Origin: Azolla caroliniana
Taxonomy: Eukaryota > Plantae > Polypodiophyta
Direction of reading: 5' to 3'
DNA length: 64,000 nt
NCBI GenBank assembly: GCA_043228905.1
Contig: JBHGNT010000001.1
Span: 3,782,001-3,846,000, forward strand
Shown here: piece by piece, positions 1 to 11,154 of the stretch
How positions within the stretch are numbered: position 1 is the first letter of the stretch
How the letters are laid out: each line of letters opens with the position of its first letter
Notes under the pieces: model-generated
Told to the model about the DNA's origin: nothing
Seen by the model: the letters and a program-made list of their open reading frames with translations, nothing else
Database searches by the model: none
Translations under genes and position numbers: made by a program

Positions 1-984
1 TTATTTTGCATAAATTCAACATAAGAATTATTGGTCAAACCCCACTATGTGTGTGTTTGTATTTATATTTATATGTACATATATAGGCATGTATGTATAA
101 GCATATGTACAAATATATATGCACATTACGTGTAATATATCAATGGTCTCTCTATATATAAAAGTCCAATGTGGAAAACATCTATTAGCAACATTTGTTG
201 ACTTGATATATTCATTAAAATTGAATCATTTGATCCAAGTTCATGTAACTCGCTTCATATCATTGCTCAATTAGACCAACTTTATAGCAATGAAAACTCT
301 CCTCCTATTCGTCTAATCTTATGTCAATCTTTAATGCACCATGCAACTGTATGTATCATATACTATATTTTTAATACACATTGTATATAAGTTTTGATCT
401 ACTTCATAACAAACCATGTGAGTTTAAGGATGGCATGGATGCATTATACAATTACAGGAGTCTAGCAACACACATGTGATTGTAAAGAATGGTCCATTAT
501 AATTCTACATGTGGTTCCCTTGTACCCTGTGAGTAGATTTGAGAGTAAACTTAAAGAGTAATTGCTTTTCAATTCGAGCTTGTGCACACTAGCACATTTC
601 TTTTAGACTATGTATAACTTTGTAAATTTGTTTTTTTTTTCAACAAATACATTCTTTAAATAAAAAGCTCTCCATATGTTCAACCAACCGTTAGATTGTG
701 AAAGTGAAATTGTAAGGTATATATGAGATTTCCAAATTTTCTTGCTATTTAGTAAGTTAAAACTTGCAAATTGTTATATGAGATAATATTACCAAGGGCT
801 CATTCATCCATTGGCTATGCTTGCAACACTAACATGTGGACAACTTACAATGTTGCTTTTCATCCTTGGTGGAAAGAGATAACTAGCCATGACTAAAGAA
901 ATCATCATTGAAAAATTTTGCATGTTTAAAATACATCATGTTGTGCATGACCTCTTATTTGCAAATATTTTGATGATTTATCAA

Positions 985-1230
985 TTGATCCATAAAGAAG
1001 AGAGATGGTTTCCTCCACCAAGATGGTTTTTTTGGCCCCCTATATTGGAAGGACCCTGATTTTAGATGAGTAAATGCAATTGCTAAGGTAGATATGTGAG
1101 GGCGTTTGCTATTCAATGTGTTGGTTGATGAGGGTATGTTTTCCTATACGAGTTCTTTGTAGCCTTTGGGCATCTTTCCATTAATAGTAAATATCAAGGT
1201 GAATCTTTTATTGAAAAAAAAGAAAGAAAG
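985..1230 (+). mobile_element. Degenerate LINE 3'-end fragment with A-rich tail
   Basis: Encodes a PPPRWFF-like remnant (1013-1030) resembling the C-termini of other LINE pieces in the window (VPPRWLFPP at ~26750, IPPFLL at ~30190). A-rich tail at 1214-1230. Reverse-complement similar to 1790-2000. Confidence 0.5.
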
Positions 1231-1774
1231 AGAGATAGTTAGTAGTGAATCATCATGAAGCAAGAAAATTACACAATTCTAGAAATAAATTTAAGGGAAA
1301 ATATCATAGACAATCCATTGCATGTGGGACAAGAGCATTTATGCCACTAATATTTTTCACAATATCAAAATTACCCAAGTGAGATAGTAGGGAGTCTATT
1401 ATGATCATCCTTTGCTTAAATTTGCACAAATAAAGGGTGGGTCAATGCTAGAATGAAGCATGCTAGCGAGGTTATATGATAATTAAAAGTTGGATCTAAT
1501 GATACAACATGATAATCTCATTAAGTTGTATCAATAACCACTTTGTAAAAAGATAACTATGTTGCACCATAATGAATTAATTAGATCTAAACATGTTAAT
1601 TATATGATGATAATCCAATCAAGTTTCCATATCTAAAAAAAACTCAGCCTATGGCATGCACATTTCATGTTTACTTTCTCCCTTATGAATAAGGAGGTTT
1701 TATTCCATGGCCTTATGGGGGATAGTCTTCATAGTAAAAAGCATTCTAGGGGTATAATTGATGTTACAAGGGAG

Positions 1775-2045
1775 AACTATTTTTTGAAGATTCAATGGAA
1801 AGATGCCCAAAGGCTACAAAGAACTCATACATGAAAACACAACCACCATACCCACATCAACCAACACGTCAAATAGCAAAAGCCCTCACGCAACTAACTT
1901 GGAAACTACATTTACATGTACAAATTTGGGATCCTTTCATAATGGATGGCCGAAAAAGCCACCTTGGTGGAGCATATCTCCACTTTGTTCTCTCCCCCAA
2001 AAAGACGAGCCTTTGGCCACATTTCTTTAAAATGTTGTTGCTTAC
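1775..2045 (-). mobile_element. Degenerate LINE 3'-end fragment, inverted relative to 985-1230
   Basis: Minus-strand ORF 1869-2057 reads TKWRYAPPRWLFRP. AATGGAAAGATGCCCAAAGGCTACAAAGAACTC (1794-1826) is the reverse complement of 1150-1182. Confidence 0.5.
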
Positions 2046-3649
2046 GAAACACAACATCAGTGAGTTCTAGCATTTTCCTTGAATAAGTACCTAAAGAACA
2101 AATATATGTACTAAATTTAGCATAATGTTGCATTGTCCACAACTTGAGTTCTAAGACCAATAAAAACTTTTCAAACCAAAAACCTTCTTAAACAATAGTA
2201 TGCCCTTTTACTAGTAGTAGCATTAAAAAACCATATGTGTGTTTTAAGTAGGTCCCAATGGTGGCATGCTAATTGCACTTGTTCAAATCTTATATGAATA
2301 TTTGAACAAATTTGTGTGTAGGGGGAGTGTCAAGAAACTTGCAATATTGTTTCTCACAAATAAATATGGATGTGACCGTAAATTTGTTTTCATCAATTAA
2401 TGAGACAAGCGTGTGTGATTTTAGGTTGCTTCTACAAACAATATAATAATTTCGAGTGGTCGTATACTTATCCACCATCAGGAGAATGCATGTATTTCCC
2501 ACAAATGCTACTTTTGTAGCAAGACAAACAAGTAAGACCCATTAAAAGTTGTTAGACAAGCTTTTGAACCGAAATCTAGTAATGACTACTGACCTCATCC
2601 ATCGTTGCAAAGTGTGTGCTTCATCTATTATTTCTGCAATATAAACCAAACTTGATCTTGAAGTTTATGTGCTTTATCCATTCACATGATAAAGTGTGTG
2701 TGCTCACTACATAATTTATGCTAATAAGACAAACATTGAGATCATTTTTGTGAGACCTTAAAATGTCACATAAGAATTTGCTCTAAATCCTTGTGTAGCA
2801 AGATTAGGTAGTTTGTAAACTTATTTGAATGTGTCATCTATTAGTGAGTGGCATAACATGATCTTCATAATTTGGTGAGACAAATTGTGTGGTTCTTGGT
2901 AGGCAATTTGCATAAATAAGATACATTTAAAGATTGCTTTCGTAATAGGTAAAAATTTGACATAGAAAATTGTTGTCAATCATTAGGCAATATGTATTTG
3001 TATCAAACTTTTCGAGCCCCTTGTTGACGCGAGAGTGGGATAAAGCGTCTCCCTCATCCATCTATCTGTAGATCAATATGTTTGCTCTACTCATAAATGT
3101 GACAATGGTGGGGTCCGCTAGCATGCTACTCGTGTACATAATAGAAGGTCAAAGGATACATTTATAGAGTTTTCATTTTCCCGTAGAAATGGTTTTGTGG
3201 TAGTGTTCGACATTGGAAACCTTAGTCTAATGTTGCCAGAAGGGACCCAAAACTGTTGCATGGTCCATCATCATGTTAACATCATGGGTGGGTCTATGAT
3301 GCACATTGCATACAATGTCATAGGATCAATCAATCATAGGGACTCGAAGGACAATCAATATTAGTCAATTATGCATTGTTGCGTAACTTTGTTGTGTTAA
3401 TGCGAAATCTAGTTACGAGAAGAAAGAGAGACAATTGCTCAACAAACATCGAGACCAACGAGCTTGTTGATTGTGTCATTGACAATGGAATGGGACAAAG
3501 TGTGTTTGTTACGTTATTGACAGAAATAGCGGAAATAGCAAATTTATCTTAATTACACAACTACCCTCGAGAGCCCACAGTCCAGAGTCCAGACATTTAC
3601 TAGCTTTGATGGCAACGAACATCTAGCGCAAGAAAAAAGCTTGTGAATT

Positions 3650-3735
3650 TCCTGCTAATCTAGGGTTTTACATTCCTTTTTCTTCTCCTACGCGCGCGTG
3701 CGCACGCAGATTCGTTTCTTCTCTGTCAGGTTTGT
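3650..3735 (+). promoter_or_regulatory. Probable non-coding first exon/5' leader of the CHIP gene (telo-box-like TAGGGTTT, pyrimidine patch, donor CAG|GTTTGT)
   Basis: TAGGGTTT at 3661-3668, CT-rich tracts and a candidate donor GT at 3730. Inferred from motifs only, no transcript data. Confidence 0.4.
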
Positions 3736-3809
3736 CTGACGTTTTTTTTACTATGTGCATCTTCTCTTCCGTGGTAATGATTTAATGGATTCGAGAGTCG
3801 GATACTGTC

Positions 3810-5159
3810 GCTATTTCTTCAGCATGCACAATGTAAGATCAATGAAAACTCACCTCTCCTCTAATAACTGAATCGACGAGTTTCTGCTAAAAAAAGAACG
3901 TTAAAAGAACGTTTGTTGTTGAAGATTTAGATGTTCTGCAATTTCTTCAAAGCATGGAGAATCTGCAGAAACGAATTGGACAAACATTTACCTAACGAAA
4001 GAAATACTCTTAGAAGTTTTAACATTTATTTATTTTCAATCTGTTTAGAAAAAGATGGAGAATGCGCACAAGCAAACACAAATCCTGATCAAGAAAACAT
4101 TTTCCTAATGGAAGAAATCCTGTTAAACGACTAAGCTTTTATCACAATCTATTCTATTCACAAAAATGGAGAATGTGCGCAGACATGCTGAGATATTGAC
4201 GGATCAAGAAACATGTACTTTCAAGAACGAACTTACGTTGAAAAACCATTCTTTGCTTCCTAATCTCCTCAAAAACATAGGGTATGTCCCAAATAATCCG
4301 ATATTCTGAATGATCTAAGGAACTTTTATAATGCCCGTTGAAGGTTTAACTGTTCATTGCTCAGTGATCTCTTAAATAAATGGAGAATATGGACAAACAA
4401 GCCAAGAATCCGAAAGATTAAGGAATCGTTTACTTTGAAAAAAGCCCCATTGAACCGTTGAACTAAATCTGTAACAAGCTCCTATTGAGGCATTGCAATC
4501 TTAAATGAAATGCAGATATGATCAAACAAGATGAGATCCTGGAAGATAAACTGTCTATTGAAGCTTTTACTGAGTTGAGATATATTTGTATTGAAGCTTC
4601 AGCTGACTCAAGAATAGGTTTACTTTTTCTTTCACTTTGTCATCTTTTTAGAAAGACACAGACTGTGCATAGAGACGACGAGAATATAAAAGACCTTTAC
4701 TCAAAGAAAGAATGCATTTCAATACTCTCATGCTTTAGAACATCTTCAAAGACATGCATAATGAAACACAAATAAGCTGAGTTACTAAAAGGAAATTTTT
4801 TCAGCAAGAAAAAATGCATTTCAAAGCTTTCACTGGGCTGAGAGGAGATTCCTGTTGAAGCTCTAACTGACTTGAGTGTAAGGTTCAATTGAAGCTTTAA
4901 CTAAATACTATATAGAAACCTTTATTTTCAAGAAAAAACTCCTGTGAAGGTTTAACTGGATAAAATATAGGGACTTATTGAAGCTTTAACTGAATCCAAA
5001 TCATTTTTGCAATCTCTTCATAAATGTGCAGAATGTGCCATACATAAAAGGAGATTTTGAAAGACCAAGGAAATCTTTACTTCAAGAAAGTATCGCTGGT
5101 GATGTCTTAACTTAATTTGGTATAGGCTTCTGTGAATGCTTTGCATTCTCTTAGAAAAC
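3810..5159 (+). repeat. Tandem array of about 10 degenerate ~110-130 bp copies of CHIP coding exon 1 and its upstream context
   Basis: Recurring TTGCAATCT(C)TT...ATGGAGAAT/ATGCAC...GAGAT.(C/T)TG...TAC/TTTCAAG...TTGAAGCTTT.ACTGA. The nearest copy (5050-5090) matches 5183-5223 at 39/41 nt. Confidence 0.8.
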
Positions 5160-8100
5160 ATGCACAGTATGCACAATCAAGCGGAGATTTTGAAAGACCA
5201 AGGAAACCTTTACTTCAAAAAAGAACGCTTGACAGCAGCAATTGAAGCTTATACTGAGGTTATGTGTCAGTTTTTATTCTAATGTATCTGATTTTGTTCT
5301 GTTCTCTTAAATTTTCTTGTGCTAAAGCTACTGTTGTGGTTCCTTTTTGCAGGCCATCACGTTGTGTCCAAATGTTCCAACGTATTGGACCAATAGGGCC
5401 CTTTGTCATAAGAAAAAGAAGTGAGTTCCTTAAGACTCTGTCCAGTGGTGTTGCCAGTTTTGATTCTATAAATATGATAATGTCTGTGGGTTTCTTACTT
5501 CTGACAAATTCTTTCGTCTGTTTTATCAGTGATTGGGAACGTGTAGAATCAGACTGTAGGAGGGCCTTGGAGCTGGATAGAAGTTCCCTGAAGGTAAAAC
5601 TAAGAAATCATAGTCTTAAATTGTGCTTTGTTGCTTAACCCTGTAATCACCATGATTCTCCATAGCCAACTCATTAGTGGAAGAGTGAGCCATGGTTTAA
5701 CTTTAATTTGTTGTCACGTGCCTTCTCTGATGTGAGTTCAAGGTTGACGTGTTTTAAGTTAATCTAGGTTCAGTGTTCAGCTCATCTGCTTCATCAAATT
5801 TGCAGATTGCAGATGGATTGAGATTGTTCTCCATGGGCTTGAAAATTATGAAAATATTGTACATTGGAACCAGTGTGGGTTGTGGTGGGATTTGGTATGT
5901 GCCTCAAACAAACGAGCCCATGGGCCTTTGTTCTTTCCTCCTACAGACAATACGCTCCTATCTCATGGAATTTTAAGCTTGTTAGATACTGCAAATACTG
6001 AGCACTTTTAAAAAACAACATAGCACCTGGGATCTGTAGTTGTGTAGGTTCCTGTAGGGATGTGATTTTGATCACATCAATCAGAGACATGTTTTCTTTT
6101 GGACCTCACATATTGATCCTTGCATTATTGAAAGCTAATGCATCCAAAGTACAAATTAGTGGTTGAAAAAGATCTGCACATTCACAATCAAAGGTTGCAG
6201 CACTGTTAGCTACTCGGCTGGGTGTGTTCCCCCAAGGATGTCCTAGGGTTCCTCCAAATTAGTAATACGGAAACATCCCTAAAAATCTCAGTTAGGTTGG
6301 GCACTAGTACATTTTACTATAGGTCTTTATTTACATGTTGAACAGAATTTACAGTTCAAATCATTTTCATGCTGTCAATACCTATGTTGAGTTTTTTATT
6401 TCATCATAAATGTTGATTTCAGTTTCAGTATAACTCTTATTGTTACTATAATTTAGTTAATCAATACATTGAGCCAGAACATAATTATTGATTTGATCAA
6501 AGCTTTAACATAGATAATGTTGACATCTGAAAATTTAAACTTTCTTGGGTTGTGCAATAGGCTTAAGATGTGATTGAAAATAAATCTCAAAAATTTGGTA
6601 ATGGGAGCAAAAGTAATGAGGTAAGCACTAAAAGTGCCACTGATACATGTACCATAAATACCAAAGAAGAGGAAGCCTGTGCTATGTAGGAGGTTGTGGG
6701 GGCACTTGATCATTTTGCATGGTGTAAGCTTACCATTAAATTAGCCCGTCATCAGAAATAGAGAAGCCACTTGTCCTGATGTGAGCCAGAGTGGTATACA
6801 TTCCAGTGAAATGGTGTACTGTACCTTTTAAAAAAACACAAATGAGGCTCTATCCTGGATAGATAGAAGAATTGGCTCTTTTTATGATATTTTTCCTACA
6901 GTTTTATCATGGAAACAATGAAAACAGCTATTCTGTTTTGTGATCATGGAAATGCCGCTTCGCTGCTCTCTGAATACAATATTGAGCCATCTGTAGCCAC
7001 TTCTAGGAACACTCTTTAGATTATCATAAATGCAGAGGGTATACTGTAGCTATTGGTGCATGTATGGAGCCACTATTGGATGCCCTTGGATGATTACTCT
7101 CTAGCCCCATGTGTTGTATGATATGTAATATATCACGCAGCTGATTTGGACAATCCTATTAGGGAGGCATTTTCACTAGCGCTAGCTTACTATCCGCAAT
7201 GCATGAAATATTACAGAAAATAATGATCTAGCTCTGGGTCTCATATATATGTGTGGTAGGGCAGAAAGTACATGTGTTAGGAAGGCATTGGTTAATATAG
7301 GACACTCTTGCATCGGCAAATGTTGGAGACCTCAAACAGTTTTGTCTTGTTAAAATGGTTTTGAGAGTACTTCATTCAGTCCAGTATCTTTTGGTTTGAG
7401 TACTTAATGTGTCATATCATATGATTATGCAATCTCAAAACATTGATTTGTTGTGTTGGAGAATAAACAATTTTGTTTAATGAGCTAGTTCTTTTTATAA
7501 ATTTGTTGAATGATTTATATTAATAACCACATGTTTTTAATAATGGTATATAAAATTATAGATTTAATAATAATTTAGCTGAATAGTTGTAAACCATTTA
7601 AAAAATGTATCGCTTGTGATACTAGAACATACGTAGTAACTTTGGATTCATGATGTGTAGGTTAACTTTTTGTCCATTTTATTTGTGAATTTCATATCTG
7701 ACATGTGTGCTTTGCTTTGCTTTTATAGGCACGCTATATGCTAGGACTTGCTTTGCTGCAAAATAATCAATATGGGGAAGCTGTTAAACAACTTGAGAAG
7801 GTTAGGATACTTTAAATACTGCCTCGATGAAAATGATATTTTCTTCTTCTCGTGATAATGTTTTGAAGAAGACAATAGTTTTTTATATGACATTGTATGA
7901 AGGTACTTCTAAACAATTGTTTAATAAGATATATTTAATTGGTATTCTATGTATCATGAAAGACAAATTGGTTAAGCTTGTGATGCTTTTTGAGCCTTGT
8001 TACTTCCATGTGGTCCTTCGGTGCATTGGAAGGCATATTCTAGAAGTCTTTCTAGTAAATTGCTGTTTTCCAATTTCATTAAATAATGTCCTAATTGATC

Positions 8101-9140
8101 ATAAATGTTTATCGCTTGAATTCAAAGATGAAGTTAAATATTGCCACTGTTTAAATACCCACAACGGACATTAGGCTTGTTACGGCTTTCAGCTTGCTTT
8201 TACCAGGCCTGGTTACCTTAGGTTATTACTTTTAAAATTTTTGTAAAATGGTGTTAAAGTACTATAAGCTAATTTGATGTATACTACCAACAGGCATTGG
8301 AGCTGGGACAATCAGGACCGACACCTAGTGATATGGTAGAAGTGATCTGGTTAGAAGTTGCTAGGGCCAAATATGCAGAATGGGAACGTGCTGCTTTGCC
8401 ACGGATACAGAAACGAAAGGAATTGAGGTGAAATGTGTATATCAAGGCTTGTGGCACTTCTTTTGCTTACACATTCCCATACGAGGCATTGTGGAAATGC
8501 TCTGCAGGGAGTTCTGTGAAAAGGCTTTACAGGAATCATTCAACAAAAATATTGGTAAGGTGATGGGTTCCCAGATTGCAGAAGGTATTCATACTTCTGA
8601 AGCAATACCCACAATGGACATTGAGCTGGAGCAGCCACCAACCTCTGAAGTAGCCAAATTAATGAATAATTATATTGAACAAAAGCAAACTTTAATGGAA
8701 GTTTTTGATAAAGCTTCTATATGTGACACACCATCTGAGGTGTGGAAATCAAAAGATAATCTGAAGCTTGAATTTCTTATCTGCGGGTTTTATTGAACCA
8801 AAGATTCATTATTGCTGAACCTACACAGGTACCCGAATATTTGTGTTGCAAGATAACTATGGATATATACCGCGATCCAGTGGTCACACCAAGTGGGATA
8901 ACATATGAGCGAGCTGTACTACTTGATCATTTGGAAAAGGTATGTTGATGCATCAACTCTTTTAGCATAAGGAAGCTGTATTGCTGTGTCTTCATACTGA
9001 CTTGGTTATTCTAGGTGGGTAAGTTTGATCCTATCACTCGAGTTCCTTTACAAGCTCATCAGCTGAGTCCAAATTTGGCACTCAAGGAGGCTATCAAATC
9101 ATATCTGGCTGAACACAGCTGGGCTTATCAGATGAACTGA
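5160..9140 (+). CDS. CHIP: CHIP-type E3 ubiquitin ligase (TPR + U-box), 8 coding exons
   Basis: GT-AG exons 5160-5258, 5353-5420, 5530-5593, 7729-7800, 8294-8427, 8508-8739, 8829-8939, 9015-9140. They join into MHSMHNQAEILKDQGNLYFKKERLTAAIEAYTEAITLCPNVPTYWTNRALCH...DWERVESDCRRALELD...VPEYLCCKITMDIYRDPVVTPSGITYERAVLLDHLEKVGKFDPITR...PNLALKEAIKSYLAEHSWAYQMN*, closely resembling plant CHIP. Start could be ATG 5160 or 5169. Confidence 0.95.
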
Positions 9141-9789
9141 AGTACATATCCTCTTTGATGCATGTGCTTGCATTCTCGATACCTCTATTGTGGTAAACAC
9201 AGAAGAGAGATGGTGAAAGTGACATCTGTGTGAGAGTCATCCAAATTGCCTTAGGCTGGCAAAGGAATAGTCTTTTTGGTTTCCTGGTCAGATCCTGGAT
9301 GTTTTGGAATGCTTAATTTTTTCGTGATATGTATCAGGAGCAGGAGGAATCAACTTGGCCAAGCTCGTTCATTTTCAGGCAGCCAAGTCTTCTCTAAAAG
9401 GGTTTGTAGCTCAGCCCAATAGTGTATTTTGAATTTAAATGTTTGGTAGATTTCATCCATACCATTTGACTTACCCCTATAAAATAGACTTGATGTTTGT
9501 AGGTTCTATTCAAGTGCATTTCCAGTTATATAATTGGATCTGCAGATCATATTTCCACTCAGATTCCATGAATGTCAATCAATGATTATTTTATGAACTT
9601 AACCCTGTGTTTCTGAATATATGGTGCTACGCCATTGTAGGTGGCATTGCAATTTTTTTATGCTGTTGATAAATGTTTGATAAAGGCAAGTAGTTTAGAC
9701 ATTTCCATGTTTGAATAGTTTAGTCTGTATCAGGGAGAATGTACAAAATTTCACAGAATGGGACTTGTTTAATATCATGGAAATGTACT

Positions 9790-10310
9790 ATGCCAAAATT
9801 TCTCATTCCCTGAAATATAGTGCTCTACTCTACAGCATGCCAGCTAATAACTTTTGCAATTTCTAACATATGGTTAATTGTAGAGAGTTCGTAAACAAAT
9901 CAAGAGAATTTTTCTTAATGATGCCAACGGCATGGGCAGCAAAAACAGATTGAATATACCATCAAATCAAATTCTCTTGCTGTATGGAGCTGGGTTTCAC
10001 AAAAATTCTCGTTCCCTGGCCTGGATTACTCTGATCTACAGCATCCTGGCAGCAAAAACAGATTGAATATACCATCAAATTAAATTCTCTTGCTGTATGT
10101 TGCTGGGTTTCACAAAATTTCTCGTTACCTGACCTGGATTACTCTGATCTACAGCATCCTGGCTAATAGCTTTTGCGATTACTAACATCTGTTTTATTGT
10201 AGAGTGTTTGTAGGGCAATACCAAGAGAAAATGTTCGATGAATAATGAGCGCATGTTTCTCCATATAATTTAAAAGCAATTCGTTTTGCTGCATAGAGCT
10301 TGGTTTCACA
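9790..10310. repeat. Local tandem duplications: near-identical 113-bp repeat inside a more diverged larger repeat
   Basis: GGCAGCAAAAACAGATTGAATATACCATCAAAT at 9935 and 10048. CTACAGCAT..C.GCTAATA.CTTTTGC at ~9830 and ~10149. Confidence 0.75.
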
Positions 10311-11154
10311 TTAGGTTGTTGTCTTTCTGTTTATTCTAATGAAGCATTTTTTGTCGTATTACTTACATACCAGAAACTATACCCTTTTTCTTGAAATTTG
10401 GGTTGATAATGTGGCATTTTTACTCTGTTTAGTTTTCCAAAATCCTGGATTTACATTTTCCTTCAGATATGTTCTTTGTTTTTCATTTCCAAGTTTTCTC
10501 CATACTGATCTATTTCAAAAAGCTTTTTGCATTGCAATAAGGTCATTACGAAAGAAGAGAGAGAGAGCAAGTGAAAATCTCTCCTTGGTGGAGTGTTTGT
10601 CTTGCCTATTGGCATTTAACATGTCCCAATACCCATCCTTGTAGTTGGTAGGTGACCATACTCCATTTTGATACCTATTGCAAGTAGTGTTTTTCACATG
10701 TTTATTAACATAAGGAGATAGCATATTGCAAAAGAAGATATGTACACATTGTGTGGAAAACCAAGTGGTTAGGTAGAAAATGGTTGAAGTCAAAGGTTGA
10801 TTAGAATTAGTATGCTTATGAGCTGGTTAGATGACCTTAGAAGCAAATGCTTCTGTCCTTCCCATTTGTAATGTGAATATTGTTTGAATTTGTAAAAATG
10901 CACAACATATGCAAAGTATATACCTTAGAACCAACGAGACACTTCCCATAATCCAATAGCCAATGGGTTAAATATAAAGCAATACAAACTCAGGAGCAGC
11001 TGTTATGTAGTAGCTCTTACGAAACTTTTGTTGTTCACATAAATTGGTACATGCATTTATTCATTCATAGGATGGCATCTAATCAGCCATTCTATAGATG
11101 ATATAATAAATGCTTAACCCTTTAGTCTCTGAATTTCAATTGATTTTGTTTTCT

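Noticed and set aside
2300-3500. Possible LTR or DNA-transposon relic (AGGGGGAG-TGTC at ~2320)
   Set aside because: No matching terminus, TSD or convincing protein motif.
3810-5159. CRISPR-like interpretation of the periodic array
   Set aside because: Eukaryotic locus, whole units are homologous to CHIP exon 1, there is no repeat-spacer alternation and no cas genes.
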